Origin: the human T2T-CHM13v2.0 reference genome, Homo sapiens
Assembly: GCF_009914755.1 (NCBI RefSeq)
Contig: NC_060929.1
Direction: 5' to 3' (one strand)
Length of the DNA stretch: 64,000 nt
Under the pieces are notes generated by a model. It was not told the origin of the DNA. It made no database searches and saw only the letters and a list, made by a program, of their open reading frames with translations. A program made the translations under genes and the position numbers. Of the stretch, positions 14,360-28,478 are shown one piece after another. Each line of letters opens with the position of its first letter. The stretch's first letter is position 1.

Positions 14360-15289
14360 ACCATGCCCACTTAACATTTTTATCCAACTATGTGAAAACA
14401 TTTACTATGTTGAGTTGTAGGGTGACAAGTCCAGGGTAATGCGTGGATCTGTAGTATCAAGATTAAATTTAATAAGTACTCTGCATGCAACCAAATAAAC
14501 AAATGAAAACAAGTAGATAGAAGCTGACTGTGTGCCTTGATATCATGGATCCAGACTATAGGATATAGATATAACATCAACTTTTGGTAAACCTTTCATT
14601 TTCAACACTTTGCAGATGAATTATCATATACATTTTGAAAGAAATCCCAATGGCACTCCTTAAAATATTTCTGGGTTTTCAAAAGTGAGGCTTTTGCAAA
14701 GATTCTCACCTCTCAATATGTCTAATTACTCTCTTTGTGCATTGAGACCTACCAGGCTCTTTCAAGATTCAAAGCTAAAGTTAGAAACTCAATTTCAAAT
14801 GATATCAAAGCCTGTTCTGATCAGCACTTTGGTTTTTAATATACAATGAAATGCTTGAAAATCTAGGCAAATTATCATGTTAAATCATAGGCACCTGTCA
14901 ATGTTTCAGCCTTTTAAACACATTTTATTGCAAGTTATTGAGATTATAGCAGTTAACTGTGAATTTTCAGTTTTACATTTGTATGAAAATTAGAAACAAA
15001 TTAAATACTAGAGACAAAATGTGTTGGTTTGTTTTTATGAGATATAAGTATTATTTGGTATCTTATACCCAGTAGTGTATCTGCATTTCATCACTTAAAG
15101 CATTTTTACTTTGATTCGTCTGAAACACAAACACAAACACACTCACACACACAGTGAAACTATGAATGGTGATATGACTGATTAAAAAAATCTCTGATTA
15201 TGCCTTGGAATCAAATCTGTCATTTACTCAAAAGAATCTTGTTCTTGTACATAATTGCATTCATTTATGACTAGCAGAACGCCATTAAC

Positions 15290-15424
15290 ATATTTGTAGT
15301 TTCTTTTAATTTCAGAAAAAAATATTGCATGGGACATACTTTTACTAAAATTTCTTCTTTGCTAATCTGAAGTTCTAATTTAACAAGAATCCTGTATGTT
15401 ATTTGCTAAATCTGACAAACCTAC
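15290..15424. mobile_element. MER53 non-autonomous DNA transposon, partial
   Basis: aatattgcatgggacatact...atctgaagttctaattt...tcctgtatgttatttgctaaatctgacaaacc matches one MER53 arm. Confidence 0.75.
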
Positions 15425-16319
15425 TAATGGTAGAGAAACTTTGGAAGCCACTAAGATATTCATCGATGGAATATTTTAATACAGCAAACACATATATAGA
15501 ACTTAAAACATGTCACACACCATTCCAATCACTTTGCACATTTCTCTAGTAAATTTCTTGCATCTTGAATCCTATTTTGGTGTGTGCTTCTCAGAAGATC
15601 CGAACTAACACAGAAAATCTCTTTGTCCAGCTTGTCTAGAATGTTGCTCGTAATGTTAGATATCCTTCTTATGCTATGAATTAATTACAGCTCTATAACC
15701 ATGCCTTGAAAACTCTGGACAATATTGGAGGTTAGTGGTGTGTGTTATCCTTTTCCCCTCTCCTAATGATTTCTCCACCTGGGAAACAGACTGGAATTAG
15801 CAAAGCACATTTCCACCTGACTTGGGTATTATACTAGTGATTTTTGCCTTATGTATCATATGCCTCGATATTTATTGTCATGAGATTTTATGCGTTTCGT
15901 CACTACCAATCATCCCAGATGTAAAATAAGAGTGTGCCAGAACACCTGGCAAAGTATAACAGCGATGTTTCCTTAACTCTGCTGGGGTATCCATAAACTT
16001 CAAACACTAGGGGGCAGTAAGGCAGTGTTATTCATTTCTACAGACTTGAAACAACTCTGGAAGAGATTTCCCAAGCAGATGGTCAAGAGAGCTATTTTGA
16101 TGAGGTTTAATTTAATTATTATTTGACGCTATTTCATGTTGAAAACTACAAAAAATTTTTTACAAGCACCTTTCTAAATGGTTCTATCATTTGAAATTCT
16201 GTAATTTCATTTGTTATTAAAAAATAATGTATTGATTAATTTGAAGACGTGAGGAGGAATTCTTTAATTGTCAAAGAAAAAAGTACTTGTTTGTTTTCAA
16301 AAAATCATCTTTTAAATGT

Positions 16320-16548
16320 CATGTAGAGTTATTCCAATAACATAGCATTCTGGAAAAGCAAACTAATTGGTACAGAGAACAGATTTGGTGCCCAGAGGAT
16401 GAAAGTGGAAGGAAAGAAATTCTGGAGATAACGAAACGTCTGTATTCTAATTGTGGTGGTGAGTATACAACTATAGTTTTGTCTAAACCTACAGAATGTA
16501 CACTAGAAAGTGTAATTTTACTGTATACATGTAAAAATAAATTAATAG
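16320..16548 (+). mobile_element. Old L1 (L1ME/L1MD-like) 3' end
   Basis: attctggaaaagcaaacta...ttgtggtggtg...gaatgtacac...ttttactgtat. Confidence 0.7.
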
Positions 16549-17436
16549 ATGCATATATGTTGTTTGTTGCCCAACAATTGTATATTTTGATATTTATTGA
16601 AATATTGCTACTAGATCATGGAAGAATTTACTAGCAATTAAAGCACAGTTAGCCTTGCATATATCAAACAAGGGAATTTCATATCCAAGAAAGAAGATAT
16701 AACAGTGCAATATAAACAGTCTATGAAATAATTAAATCATCATTTGTATAAGATGAGTTTATTTATAAAATAAAAGAAAGAAAACTTGAAAATAATTATA
16801 CGAAAATCCTGGAAATGACAGTATAATATTTGAAGTAAGAAATAACTTTTCCTAACTGATTGCTGTGTGTTGAAATATTACTTCTAAGTTACTAAAGATT
16901 CTTTTAAATTGAATCCCACTTTCTAGCCCAAACAAAATATAACAATTACTGAACAAAAACAAAAACAAAACAAAAATCAGCTTGGTAAGCTTGTGGACTT
17001 GGTCAGAGTTCACTGCAAATCTAATTCATAGGGATTACACCATAAGACAGACAAGTGCAATTACCATGGATGCTCTTGCTGAAAGTATAAAGCATCTAAA
17101 AGAATCCACAGCTATGACATATAGAATGCAACAGCCTAGGATATTTCATGCCTCAAAAATAAGATGAAATAATTATGAAAAACATTGAAATAGGTCTAAA
17201 CATTATTTGTATAGGAAACTATTATTAAAAGGAAATTGAAAAGTAGTCATACAGTAATCCCTAGATGTGAGAATTTAATATTTGAAATAAATATGTTATA
17301 TGAATCAACTAATAAACACTGTTAAATAGACACTCAGTGAATTGGAAAACTGATGTGAAGAAATCACACAATAAAACACTGAAATATAAAAAGAAAACAT
17401 TAGAGATATTAGGTAAGTTGTAAGAGATATGAAAAG

Positions 17437-18038
17437 AAAATGGACGCATGAGGGGTGCCTGTCCATATGGATAAGACAGGGCTATAGATGCCCTCATCTT
17501 GCCACAGCTCTTCTAGGCCTCTTTAGGGTTAAGGCCTAGGGTTAAGAATTTCTGGTCAAACCGGTTGTCTAGCTTCACGTCCTGTTTCTATGGATTGTTT
17601 GTAACCAGCTTTTGCTGCAACTGTTTCTGCTGATTAATATCTTGCTAATCATAGGTTATGGAAAGACGGTGTTTCTGTTTTAAAGCTCTGTTAGAAATTA
17701 CTGATGCACACACTATATTGTAAATTCTTACCTCTGTATACCGTACTTCTGCATACAGATGTTATGTTAAAGAATTACTTCATCCCCATGTGACCATCAC
17801 ACCTCATAATCAAATGACCCTAAATCCCTCACTAATCTACCCTCGCCCTCACTAAACTTAATAATAAATGCTGGTATATCCAGTGCATCGTTGGCACTGT
17901 GGGACCAGAAGGCAGTGACCCCCCTGGACCCAGCTTTCACTATCTTGTGTGTGTCTATTATTTCTTGACCTGCTGATCCGCCTGGGAACAAAGAGAGACC
18001 CCCACTGCATTGTGGGCTGCTGGCCAGATCCCACAATA
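17437..18038 (+). mobile_element. ERVK (HML)-class LTR, MER11D/LTR14-like, probably 5'-truncated
   Basis: aataaa at ~17863; 3' cccagctttcactatc...gggaacaaagagagacc...gctggccagatcccacaata; subfamily from memory only. Confidence 0.65.
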
Positions 18039-20590
18039 CTATTCTACTGTTTAGTTTTATGAGATAAACTTTTTTAGATTTCATGTATGAGTGAGGTAAT
18101 GCAGTATTTGTCCTTCTGTGCTTGGCTTATTTCACTTAACATAATGTCCTCCAGACTCATCTAACCTGTAAAAAGTGACAAGATTTCATTCTTTTTTAAA
18201 GCTGAACAGTATTTCATTGTGTAAATATACCACATTTTCTTTATTCATTCATCCATTCATGGACACTTAGGTTAATTCCCTATCTTGGGTATTTTGAATA
18301 GTGTTGCAACAACACGAGAGTGTACACATCTCTTTTAAAAACTGATATCAGTTCCTTTGGATATATACCCAGTAGTGGGATTACTGGATGTTACGGTAGT
18401 CATATTTTTACTTTCTGAGAAACATCTATACTGTTTTCCATAATGGCTACACAAGTTTGCATTCCCATCAATAGTGGGTAGGTTTCCTTTAATTCATATC
18501 TTCGCCAGCATTTGTTACCATTTTTCTTTTTGACAATAGCTTTTATACGTGGGATGAGATGATATTTAACTGATGTTTTGATTTATATTTTCCTAATGAT
18601 TAGTGATACTGAGCATTTTTTTCATATACCTCTTGGCCAGTTGTATGTCTTCTTCTGAGAAATGTCTATTCAGATCATTTACCCATTTGTAAATTAGATT
18701 ATATTTTTTATATTGAGTTGTTTGAGTTCCTTACATATTCTGAATATTATCCCCTTGTCAGCTGTGTAGTTTGCAATTTTTTTTTTTTTATTCTGTAGGT
18801 CGTCTCTTCACTCTGTTGCTTGGTTCTTTGGCTGTGCAGTAACATTTCTGTTTAATGTATTTTCATTTGTCTATTTATTATTTTGTTTCCTGGGCTTTTG
18901 AGTTCTTATTAAAAAAATTCTTTGCCAAGACCAATGCCATGAAGCCTTTCCTCTAGGTTTCTAGGTTTTCTTCTGGTAGTTTTATAGTTTGGAGTCTTAC
19001 ATTTAGGAATTTAATTAATTTTAAGTTAGTTTTTGTCACTGGTGAGAGAGAATGGTCTAGTTCCACTCTTTTTTATGTGGATATCCAGTTTCCCCCAGAA
19101 CCACTTATTGAAAAGACTAACATTTCCCTATGTGTGTTCTTGGTGCCTTTTTTGAAATGCTGTTGTCTGTGAATGTGTGGATTTATTTCTGGATTCTCTA
19201 TTCTGTTCCATTAGTCTGTGTGTCTGTTTTTATGCCAATACCATGAAGTTTTAGTTGAAATAGTTTTGTAGTATATTTTGAAGTCAGGTAGTTTGATGCC
19301 TCCAACTTTGTGCTTTTTGATCAGGATGGCTTTGGTTATGTGTGGGACTTTCGTTATTCCATGCAAATTTTAAGATTTTTTTTCTGTATATATAAAAATA
19401 AAAATATATAAAAATTAGCTTTGGTAATTTGATAGGGTTTGCATTGAATCTGTAGGTAACTTTAGATCACATGGACATTTTAACAATATTAATTCTTCCA
19501 ATGCATAAACACGAAATATGTTAATATTTATTTGTGTTTTCTTCAATTTGTTTTATCAACATTTTATAGTTTTCATTGTAGAGATGTTCTCATTGGTTAA
19601 ATTATTCCAGGATATTTTGTATTTTTGTAACTATTATAAATGGGGTTGCTTTCTTGATTTCTTATTCAGGTAGTTCATGTTGGCATATAGAAATGCTAAT
19701 AATTTCCGTATATTGATTTTGTATCCTGTGAGTTTATTGACTTTATTTATTAATTCTAACATTGTTTTGGTGGTGTCATTAGGCTTTTCTTTATATTCAA
19801 TCATGCTCTCTGCAAATAGAGACAATTTTACCTCCTCCTTTCCAATATAAATATCCCTAATTTATTTCTCTTACCTAATTGCTCTGGCTAGGACTTCCAG
19901 TAGTATGTAGAATAGTAGCAGTGGACATCCTTGTCTTGTTTCAGGATTTAGAAGAAAAGTTTTCACCTGTTTCCCATTCAGTATGATGTTAACTGTGGGT
20001 TTGCCATATATGGCCTTTGTTGTGTTGAGGTAAATTCCTTCTATATCTAATTTGTTGAAAGTTTTTCTAATAAAAGGATGTTAAATTTTATCAAACACTA
20101 TTCCTACATCTATTGAAATTATAATATGGGTTTCTTCTTCATTCTGTTGATGAAATGTATCTCATTTATTGATTTGCATATGTTGAAGTATCTTCGGAAT
20201 GCTGGAATAAGTCCCACTTGATTATGGTTAAATAATATTGTTGATGTGCTGTTTTATTTGCTTTGCTGTATGTTTTGGTGTCAGGATAATGCACATCTTG
20301 AAGAATGAGCTTGAAAGAATTTTCTCCCATTTCATTTTTTTGGAATAGTTTGAGAAGAATTGACACTGGTTCTTCTTTAAATGTTTGGTAGAATTCAGCA
20401 GTGAAGACATCAGGTCTTGGGCGTTTCTTTGATGGGAGATTTTTAAATTTTTAACTCAATTCTATTATGTGATATTGGTCTTTCCAGGTTTTCTACTTCT
20501 CTGATATTCAATACGTGTCCAGGAATTTATCCATTTTTCTAGGTAATCTGGTTTGTTGGGTTATAGTTGCTCATAATGTTTTCTAATAGC
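18039..20590 (-). mobile_element. L1MA-like, 5'-truncated in ORF2, distal 3'UTR and polyA missing
   Basis: Continuous antisense ORF2 (ORF 19634-19825 SLFAESMIEYKEKP, RT FADD region) and proximal 3'UTR. Confidence 0.9.
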
Positions 20591-20696
20591 AAAAATATGG
20601 AACAGTTTACAAATTTGTATGTTATCCTTGCATAGGGGCCACACTATTCGTCTCTGTATCAGTCCAATTTAATATATGTGCCGCTAAAGGAAGCAA
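20591..20696 (-). pseudogene. U6 snRNA retrocopy, full length, fused to the L1 5' end
   Basis: aaaaatatggaac...atccttgcataggggcc...tctctgtatc..tccaatttaatatatgtgccgctaaaggaagca is the reverse complement of U6; about 20% diverged by eye, many changes at CpG. Confidence 0.93.
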
Positions 20697-23662
20697 GCAT
20701 CATACATACATTTTAGATGATAGAAACCTAAAAGAAATGGAAAACTCCAAAATTATCCAAGAAAAAGCTTATTCATTAACTTCAAAGATTAAAAATAAGA
20801 TCGATTGCTGACTTCTCAAAAATGATTAAAGCCAGGACAAAATACATTTAAAGTGATAAAAGAAAATATTGGCTAACCTAGAATTCTAAACCTTTTTAAA
20901 AAGTATAAAAATGAAGGCAAATATTGTGTAAAATAATGGATTACATCCTTTATAAAAGGCAAAGACAGACTGAATACCTAGTTTATCTTAAAAGATTAAA
21001 AAATGTGAGAACTGAATGTAATATGAAATCCTGTTCTGGATACTTCACAAAAATAAATGTGAAAATCCAACAAAAAGCTATAGCAGTCATGAATTCATAT
21101 GTATCTGCAGTTAGAATGCAAAACATATAAAGCAAAATTCAACATATTTCAAGCCACAATAATAGTGCACTATCTCATTTCTTTCAGAAAATTTTGTAAC
21201 AGTAAATGAAAAACAGACTACATGATATTTTGAATATTATGTTACATTATTTGAATTATTGTAACTGTGTTATTTGAACACAGTTAAAATAAGCAATCTC
21301 CATTGCATTTGCTAGAAGGGATTCCTCTGGCTACTATATCCCTCCTTCATATATTTTCATTTTCCGAGGCAGAGAGACATATAAGTTTAAGAGATTGGGA
21401 GGGAAAACCGAGCAGCCTTCCTCACCTTTTAAGGATCTGTCTGCATTTAGAGATTCTACACTCTGCTCCATTGCCCTCCTTTATGCCATACTGGTTGAGT
21501 GAAGCCCTCACAGTAAAGCAGCATTGCCAGTGATTCTACCTGTGTAAGTCTGCCTAATTCAGGAGTCATATACTAGTAAGCCATTGCCAAGGACAACTAA
21601 GTCACATTTCTCATGGTCAATTTAACAATTATAAACTAGCTTTTTGTCTCTACTTGCCTGTCTGTAGTGACTACCTCTTAACTGGCTGAAATTATGGTAG
21701 TGGGAAAAAGAAGTGCTATTGTGTATGGGATCCTTATGATCCCTTTTCACATTTATAATTATATCATTCTACATAATAATTTAAAATTCATTTTTAAGCA
21801 GACAAAACTCATGCGCTATAATAGAAGTATTAAAATTTCAATGAATTTACTTAATATTGAATATGCCATTGGATCAATGAATTTGAAAATACCAATAAAA
21901 TGATTGCAAAACCATAGTAAAAGAAAAATTTCACTGATGAGTAAATCAAAATTATTTTGAAAAAACTTCCACAAATCTTATGTGTTAAAGAAGAAATTAA
22001 AATAGATTATGCAATATTTAAAGCACAATAATAATACTGCAGATTAAAATGTATGAAGATCAAGATACCTGAGTAGAGTTATTCAATGCTTCTCTTTTAC
22101 TCAAAAAAGGACCAAAAACAGGAAATACATAACTGCACTTCAAGTAGAGTGGCTAAAAGCAGAGTAAATTGCAGAACACAAGAATTCAGCAAGAAAGTGA
22201 CAAGATTCTCTGGAGTACACTAACTTAGGGTAACAGCATAGAGAGGGAAGTGAAGCACCCAGCCAGGATTGTCCCAGAGCTAGGATGAGCTACCCATTTT
22301 GGGAAAAATGTAAGCAAGAGACCCCCAGCAGTCCTGATTACAACTCTGAATGCCTCCAATACTAGCTTCATGAGAGACTCATAGTCCTCATAGGCCAAGC
22401 TCAGGATAAGGAGCTGCCTAGAGTTCAGATGGCTATATTGCTCCAGAGAGGGAACTCATGCTGGGTCTGTCTCACTCCTTAGGATCTAATCTGCTGTGGT
22501 ACATCATTTTGAAAGCAGAGTCACTGCTGAAGAACATTCTCTCCTAGGGCTTATTAGCCCCTGCATCTCCACATCCCTAGAGTCCTACTGTTTTCTCATT
22601 ATGCCTACAAAAATGGATGTAATACCATGACTCCAGCTTGAACCAGCAATTGTGACCCTTCCTGAGCCCATGCAGCATCATTTGCCCCAAGGAGAAGTAC
22701 CATGCCTGCCTACTTACCTGGGGAGCCAACAACCACTAATGGTGTCAACCACAATCCCTCAATTGGTACAGTAGCTAAGCACTGTGTGTGCTCCCTCAGA
22801 GACTGAGGAGAGACCCATAGGAGTTAACTGCTGCTGGTAACCCTAACCCTGTGACTGGTAGCACCAAAGCTGCTGAGGGTGGTGTATATGCTCCCCTGGG
22901 TCTGATGACAGGCCCACCTGGTGGTTGCTGGTGGCAGTGACCAATCCCTTGCTATTGATAGAGCTGTGGAATGCTACATGTAACCTATTCCCCTAGAAAC
23001 TAATGACTATCCCTCTTGTTGACTAGTGCTGCTGATGACCCCAACTCAGCAAAGACACACTAATGCCTTCACAAATGCTCACAGTCTAGGCCACTGAGGA
23101 ACCTGACGACACTGATGACTGGATTACAACCAGTAAAATCACAGAGACCACACTACTGCACCTCCTAAGCACTCTACCCAACTGCAACAATAGTCACATC
23201 TATAGAAAAAGGTCTTCACTTATGAAAGCTATTCTGTAAAATTGAAAAGGCAATTGTGTGGCAAGGTGTGTAGATATCAACATAGGACCACAGAAATATA
23301 AAAAGCAAGAAGGTATGACACCTCCAAAAGAAAACAGTAACTCTGTAGTAAACAACCCCAAAGGAAAGGAAGTAAATGAAATGCCTGCAAAGGAATTCAA
23401 AATAATGATACTAAGGAAACTCAGGAAGATACAAGAGAATAAAGAGAGAAAATCCAACAAAATCAGGATAACAATTTATATTATGAATGATAAATTCAAC
23501 AAAAAGATAAATATCATAAAAAAGAATCACACAGAAATCTTGGAGCTGAAAATTTAATGAATGAAATAAAAAAGGATCAAAAGGATCAACAATAAAGTAG
23601 ATCAAGCAGAAGAAAGACATTCTAAACATGAAGACATGTCTTACGAAATGACAAAGTCAGTT

Positions 23663-23746
23663 TAAACAAAACAAAACTAAACTAAAAAGAAAAGTAAAAA
23701 GAAAAAACTAAAAAGAAAAGCTAAACTAAAACTAAAAAGAAAAAAT
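23663..23746 (+). repeat. A-rich low-complexity expansion within ORF1
   Basis: aaaac/aaact/aaaag units. Confidence 0.8.
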
Positions 23747-24663
23747 GGTAAAGAAAGTCTATAGGATGTATGGGACACCATTATGATAAGAAATATTCAT
23801 ATTTTGGGTATTCCAGAAAAAGAAGACATGGGAAAAGGCAGAGAAAACCTATGTAATAAAATAATAGCTGAAAAATTCCCACATCTTGGGAGAAAGGTGG
23901 ACATTCAGATCAAGGTAGATGAAAGATTTCTAAACAAATTCAACCTAAAGTACCCTCTAAGACACATTATTGTCAAAATGTCAAAAGTCAAAGACAAAGA
24001 AAGAATCTTTAAGTAGCAAGAGATAAGCAACAAGAGATACAAGGAAATCCTCATTAGCGTAATATTTCACAGGGAAACACTTGTAGGCCAGGAGAAAATG
24101 AAATTATATATTCATAGTACTAAAAGAAAAGCAAAATTCTGCCATTCAAGAATACTAGACCCAGCAAAGGTGTTCTTCAGAAATGAAGAAATGAAGGCTT
24201 TCCCAGAAAAGCAAAAACTGAGGGAATTTATTACCACTGGGCTGGCAGAAGAAATGCTTAAAAAGTCTTACATCTGGAAGCAAATGGGCAGTAACTACCA
24301 TCATAAAAGCACACAAAAGTATAAAATGCACTGATAGAGCAGAAATAGAAATGAGAACGAGATGAGAATCAAACCTTACCATCATAACACAAAATCACAG
24401 AACTGCAAAGATGAACAATAAGAAAGGAGAAAAATAACAAAAAATATACAAAAAAATCAGAAAACAATTAACAAAATGACAGGAATAAGTCCACAGCTAT
24501 TAATAATAGTCTTGAATGTAAGTGGATTAAATTCCCTAAATATAAGCTATAAACCAGTAGAGTGGATTAAAAAAGCAAGACCCAACTCTATGCTGCCTAC
24601 CAGAAACTCACCCCATCTTTAAAAACATACATAGGCTGAAAGTAATGGGATAAAAAAGATATT

Positions 24664-25029
24664 TGATATGGTTTGAATTTGTCCTTGCCCAAATCGCATG
24701 TCAAATTTTAATCCCCAGTGTTGGAGGAGGGGCCTTATGGGACGTGATTGGGTCATGGGGGCAGATTTTCCCCTTACTGTTCTCATGGTAATGAGTTCTT
24801 ATGAGACCTGGGTGTTTAAAAGTGTGTAGCACCTCCCCCTTTCTTCTCTTCTTCCTGTTCTGGCCATGTAACATGTGCCTCCTTGCTCTTTGCCTACTGC
24901 TATGATTGTAAGTCTCCTGAGGCCTCCCCAACAATGCTCCCTGTACAGTATATGGAACTGTGAGCAAATTAAACCTCTTTTCTTTACAAAGAGTATTTCT
25001 TTATAGCAGTGTGACAATAGACAAATGTA
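24664..25029 (+). mobile_element. MaLR solo LTR (MSTA-like)
   Basis: tgatatggtttg... start; 5-bp TSD atatt. Confidence 0.9.
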
Positions 25030-25934
25030 ATATTTCATGCCAATGGAAAGGCAAAATGAGCAGGAGTAGCTATTAGATAAAATAGGCCTTAAGTCAGAAA
25101 GCATTAAAAAAGACAAAGAAGGTCATTAAAGAGATGATTTTAGCAGGAGTACATAATACTTGTAAATATATATGCACCCAGCACTGGAACACACAACAAA
25201 AAAGGCAAATATTATTATATCTGAAAAGAGTGATAGATTGTAGCACAGAAATATTTGGGGACTTCAACACTTTATTCATAGCATCAGTCAGTTCATTTAG
25301 AAAGAAAGTCAACATGGAAACATCAGTTGAAACTACACTATACTATAGACCAAATGGACCAAACATTTCCTTCAATAGCTGCAGAAAACACATTCTTCCC
25401 ATCAGCACATGAAACATTCTCCAGGATAGATGATATATTACACCATTACCCAACTTTCAAATAATTTGGAAAATCCGAAATAATATCAAGTACCTTTTCT
25501 GCCCAGAATGAAATAAAAGTAGACATTAGTAACAAGGGAAACCTAAGAAAGTGTGTAAATACATAGAAACTAAACAACATGCTCCTGAATGACAAATGGG
25601 TCAATAAAAAAATTAAGAAGAAAATTTTTAAAAAATTGAAACACATTAAAATAGAAAGACAACACACAAAATCTTACGGGATATAGAAAAAGCAGTACTA
25701 AGAGGGAAATTTATACCAATGAACACATAAAACAGAAAATAGAAAGATTTCAAATAAGATAACAATATGTCTCAATTACCTAGAATGAACTAAATTCAAC
25801 ATCACTAGAAGGAAATAAATAATAAAGATAAGACAGATATCTCCCAAATGGAGACTAGAAAAAATACAAAAGATCAATTAAATGAAAAGTTGGTTCCTTG
25901 AAAAGATAAATACAATTGGCAAACCATTATCTAG

Positions 25935-26354
25935 TGTAATATTTCATTCTTGCATTGGCACAACGACATACCTCAGACTGGGTAATTTATACAGAAAAGA
26001 GGTTTAATTGGCTTATAGTTCTGTAGGCTGAGGCCTGATGCTGGTGTCTGCTTGGGTACTCGAGAGGTGCAGGAAACTTACAACGATGGCAGAGGGTAAA
26101 AGGGAAGCTGGCACACACATGGTGGCAACAGGAACAAGAAAGAGAGAGTGAGGGGGAAGGTGGCACACACTTTTAAATGGCCAGATCTCATGAGAACTCA
26201 CTGTCTTGAGGACCGTGCCAACAGGGATATTGCTAAACCATTCATGACAAATCCACCCCCATGATCCAATCACCTTCCAGCAGGCTCCACCTCCAACGCT
26301 GGAAATTACAACTGGACAAGAGATTTGGTGGGATCACAGATCCAAATCATATCA
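25935..26354 (-). mobile_element. MaLR solo LTR (MSTA/MSTB-like)
   Basis: gactgggtaattt...gaggtttaattggc...gatccaaatcatatca. Confidence 0.88.
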
Positions 26355-28478
26355 GGTAAGATAACTACAAAAAAGAGGAGCCGAATAAACAAAAACAGAA
26401 AAAACAGAGACATTACATCTGATAACACAGAAATACAAAGGATCATTGGTAACTATTATGAACAACTATATGCAAACAAATTAGAAAACAAAGAAGAAAT
26501 AGATAAGTTCCTAGATACATGAAAACTACCAAAATTGAGCTCAGAAGAAATAGAATATCTGAACAGAGCAGTAATGAGTAAAAGATTGAATTGGCAATAT
26601 AAGGTCTCCCATCAAAAAAAGCCAAGAAATGGATGGGTTCATTGCTGAATTTTACTAAGCTTTTAAATAAGAACTAACATCAATTCTTTTCAAACTATTT
26701 CAAAAAGTTAAATGGGAGAAAATTCTAAGTGTATTCTATGAAGCCAGCATTATTCTGATGACACAACCAGAGAAGCGCACAAGAGAAGAAGACAACTGCA
26801 GGCAAAAATTCCTTATGAACACAGATGCAAAAATCCTCCACAAAATACTAGCAAACCAAATCCAACAGCACAATAAAAAATGTATACACTGTGATTAATA
26901 GGGACATATCCTAGGGAGCCAAGATGGTTCATAATATGAAAATCAAAAAAATGAGCTACATTACATCAGCAGAATGAAAGACAAAACCATTACAATCATC
27001 TTAACAGACACAGAAAAAGTGTTTGATAAAATTTAACATCTTTCTATGATAAACACTCTCAACAAATTAGGTATAGAAGAAATCTTCCTCAACACAGTAA
27101 AGGCCATATATGAAAAACTCACAGCTAATATCACACTGAATGTGAACAAGCTGAAAGACTCTAAGAACTGGAATAAGAAGAGGATGCCCATTTTTTACCA
27201 CTCGTTCCACATAGTACTGGAACTATGTTGCCGGAGCAACTAGGCAAGAGAAAAAAAATAAAGGGCATCCAGATTGGAAAGGAGGAAGTTAAATTGTTCC
27301 TGTTTGCAAATGACTTGATTTATTTATAGAAAATCCTAAAGATTCCAGCAGAAAACTCTTACAATTGATAAACAAATTCAGTAAACTGGCAGGATACAAA
27401 ATCAGCTTACAAAAATACGTAGTATTTCTGTACACGAATAACAAATTATCTGAAAAACAAATCAAAAGAAGCAATCCCATTCACAAGAACTACAAAAAAA
27501 TCTAACAGTAAATTTAACCAAAGAGGTAAAAGATCACTACCATGAAAACCGCAAAGTAGTGATGAAAAAATAGAATTGGGGAGGACACACATAAATTGGG
27601 AAGACATCCTATATTCATAGATTGGAAGAATTAATTTGTTAAAATAAGCATACTACCCAAATTTATCTATTTGAAAGCTACCGCTTTCAAATTACCAATG
27701 CCATTTTTGTCACAGAAATAGAAAAAGAATCCTAAAATTTTTATGGAACCACATAAGTCTCCAAATAGCCAAAGCAATCTTAAGCTCTGCTCCCCGCCAA
27801 AAAATACAAAGCTGGAAGGAGGGATCACAATACTTGACTTCAAAATATACCAGAAAGCTATTTTAACTGGAAGAGTATAAGACTGGCATAAAAACAGATA
27901 ATAGACCAATGGAACAGAACAGACAGCCCAGAAACAAATCCGTATATATGGAACCAACTGATTATCAACGAATGCTCAAAAAACAAACACTGGGGAAAAG
28001 CCTGTCTCTTCAATAAATGGTGGTGGGAAAATTGGATATTCATATGCAGAATAATTAAACTAGAAACCTTCTCTCCCTGTATATAAAAGTGAACCCGAAA
28101 TGCATTGGTTATTTAAATGTAAATAATTAAAACTGAATTATTTACACTTAAATATGTAGCTATGAAACTAAGAGAAGAAAGCAGGGGACATGCTTCAGGA
28201 CATTGGTCTGAGCAAATATTTTACGCATAAGACCTTGAAAGCACAGACAACAAAGAAAAAAATAGATAAATGGGGATATATAAAACTAAAAAGCTTTCAC
28301 ACAGAGAAGGAAACAACAGAATATAAAGACAACCTGCAAAATGAGAGAAAACATTTACAAACCTTTGATCCAACATGGATTCATATTTAGAGCATACAAG
28401 GAACTCAAACTACTCAGCAGCAAAAACAAAATAATTTCATTAAAAATTGGGCAATTGATCTGAATAGACATTTCTTAA

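Larger units (their letters stand above)
17050..21200 (+). mobile_element. HAL1/L1ME-like ORF1 remnant in two pieces (~17050-17436 and ~20700-21200) hosting the LTR and U6/L1 insert
   Basis: cagtgaattggaaaac...gaagaaatcacac; after the insert, gctgacttctcaa...aaagccagg...aacctagaattcta. Confidence 0.5.

Noticed and set aside
14016-14360. 114-aa ORF
   Set aside because: Runs through an (AT)n repeat; low-complexity artefact.
20591-20696. Functional U6 snRNA gene
   Set aside because: About 20% diverged, fused to L1, and no recognisable PSE/TATA upstream; treated as a pseudogene.
23258-24334. Coiled-coil and RRM-like ORFs
   Set aside because: Broken L1 ORF1 with stops, frameshifts and an A-rich expansion.
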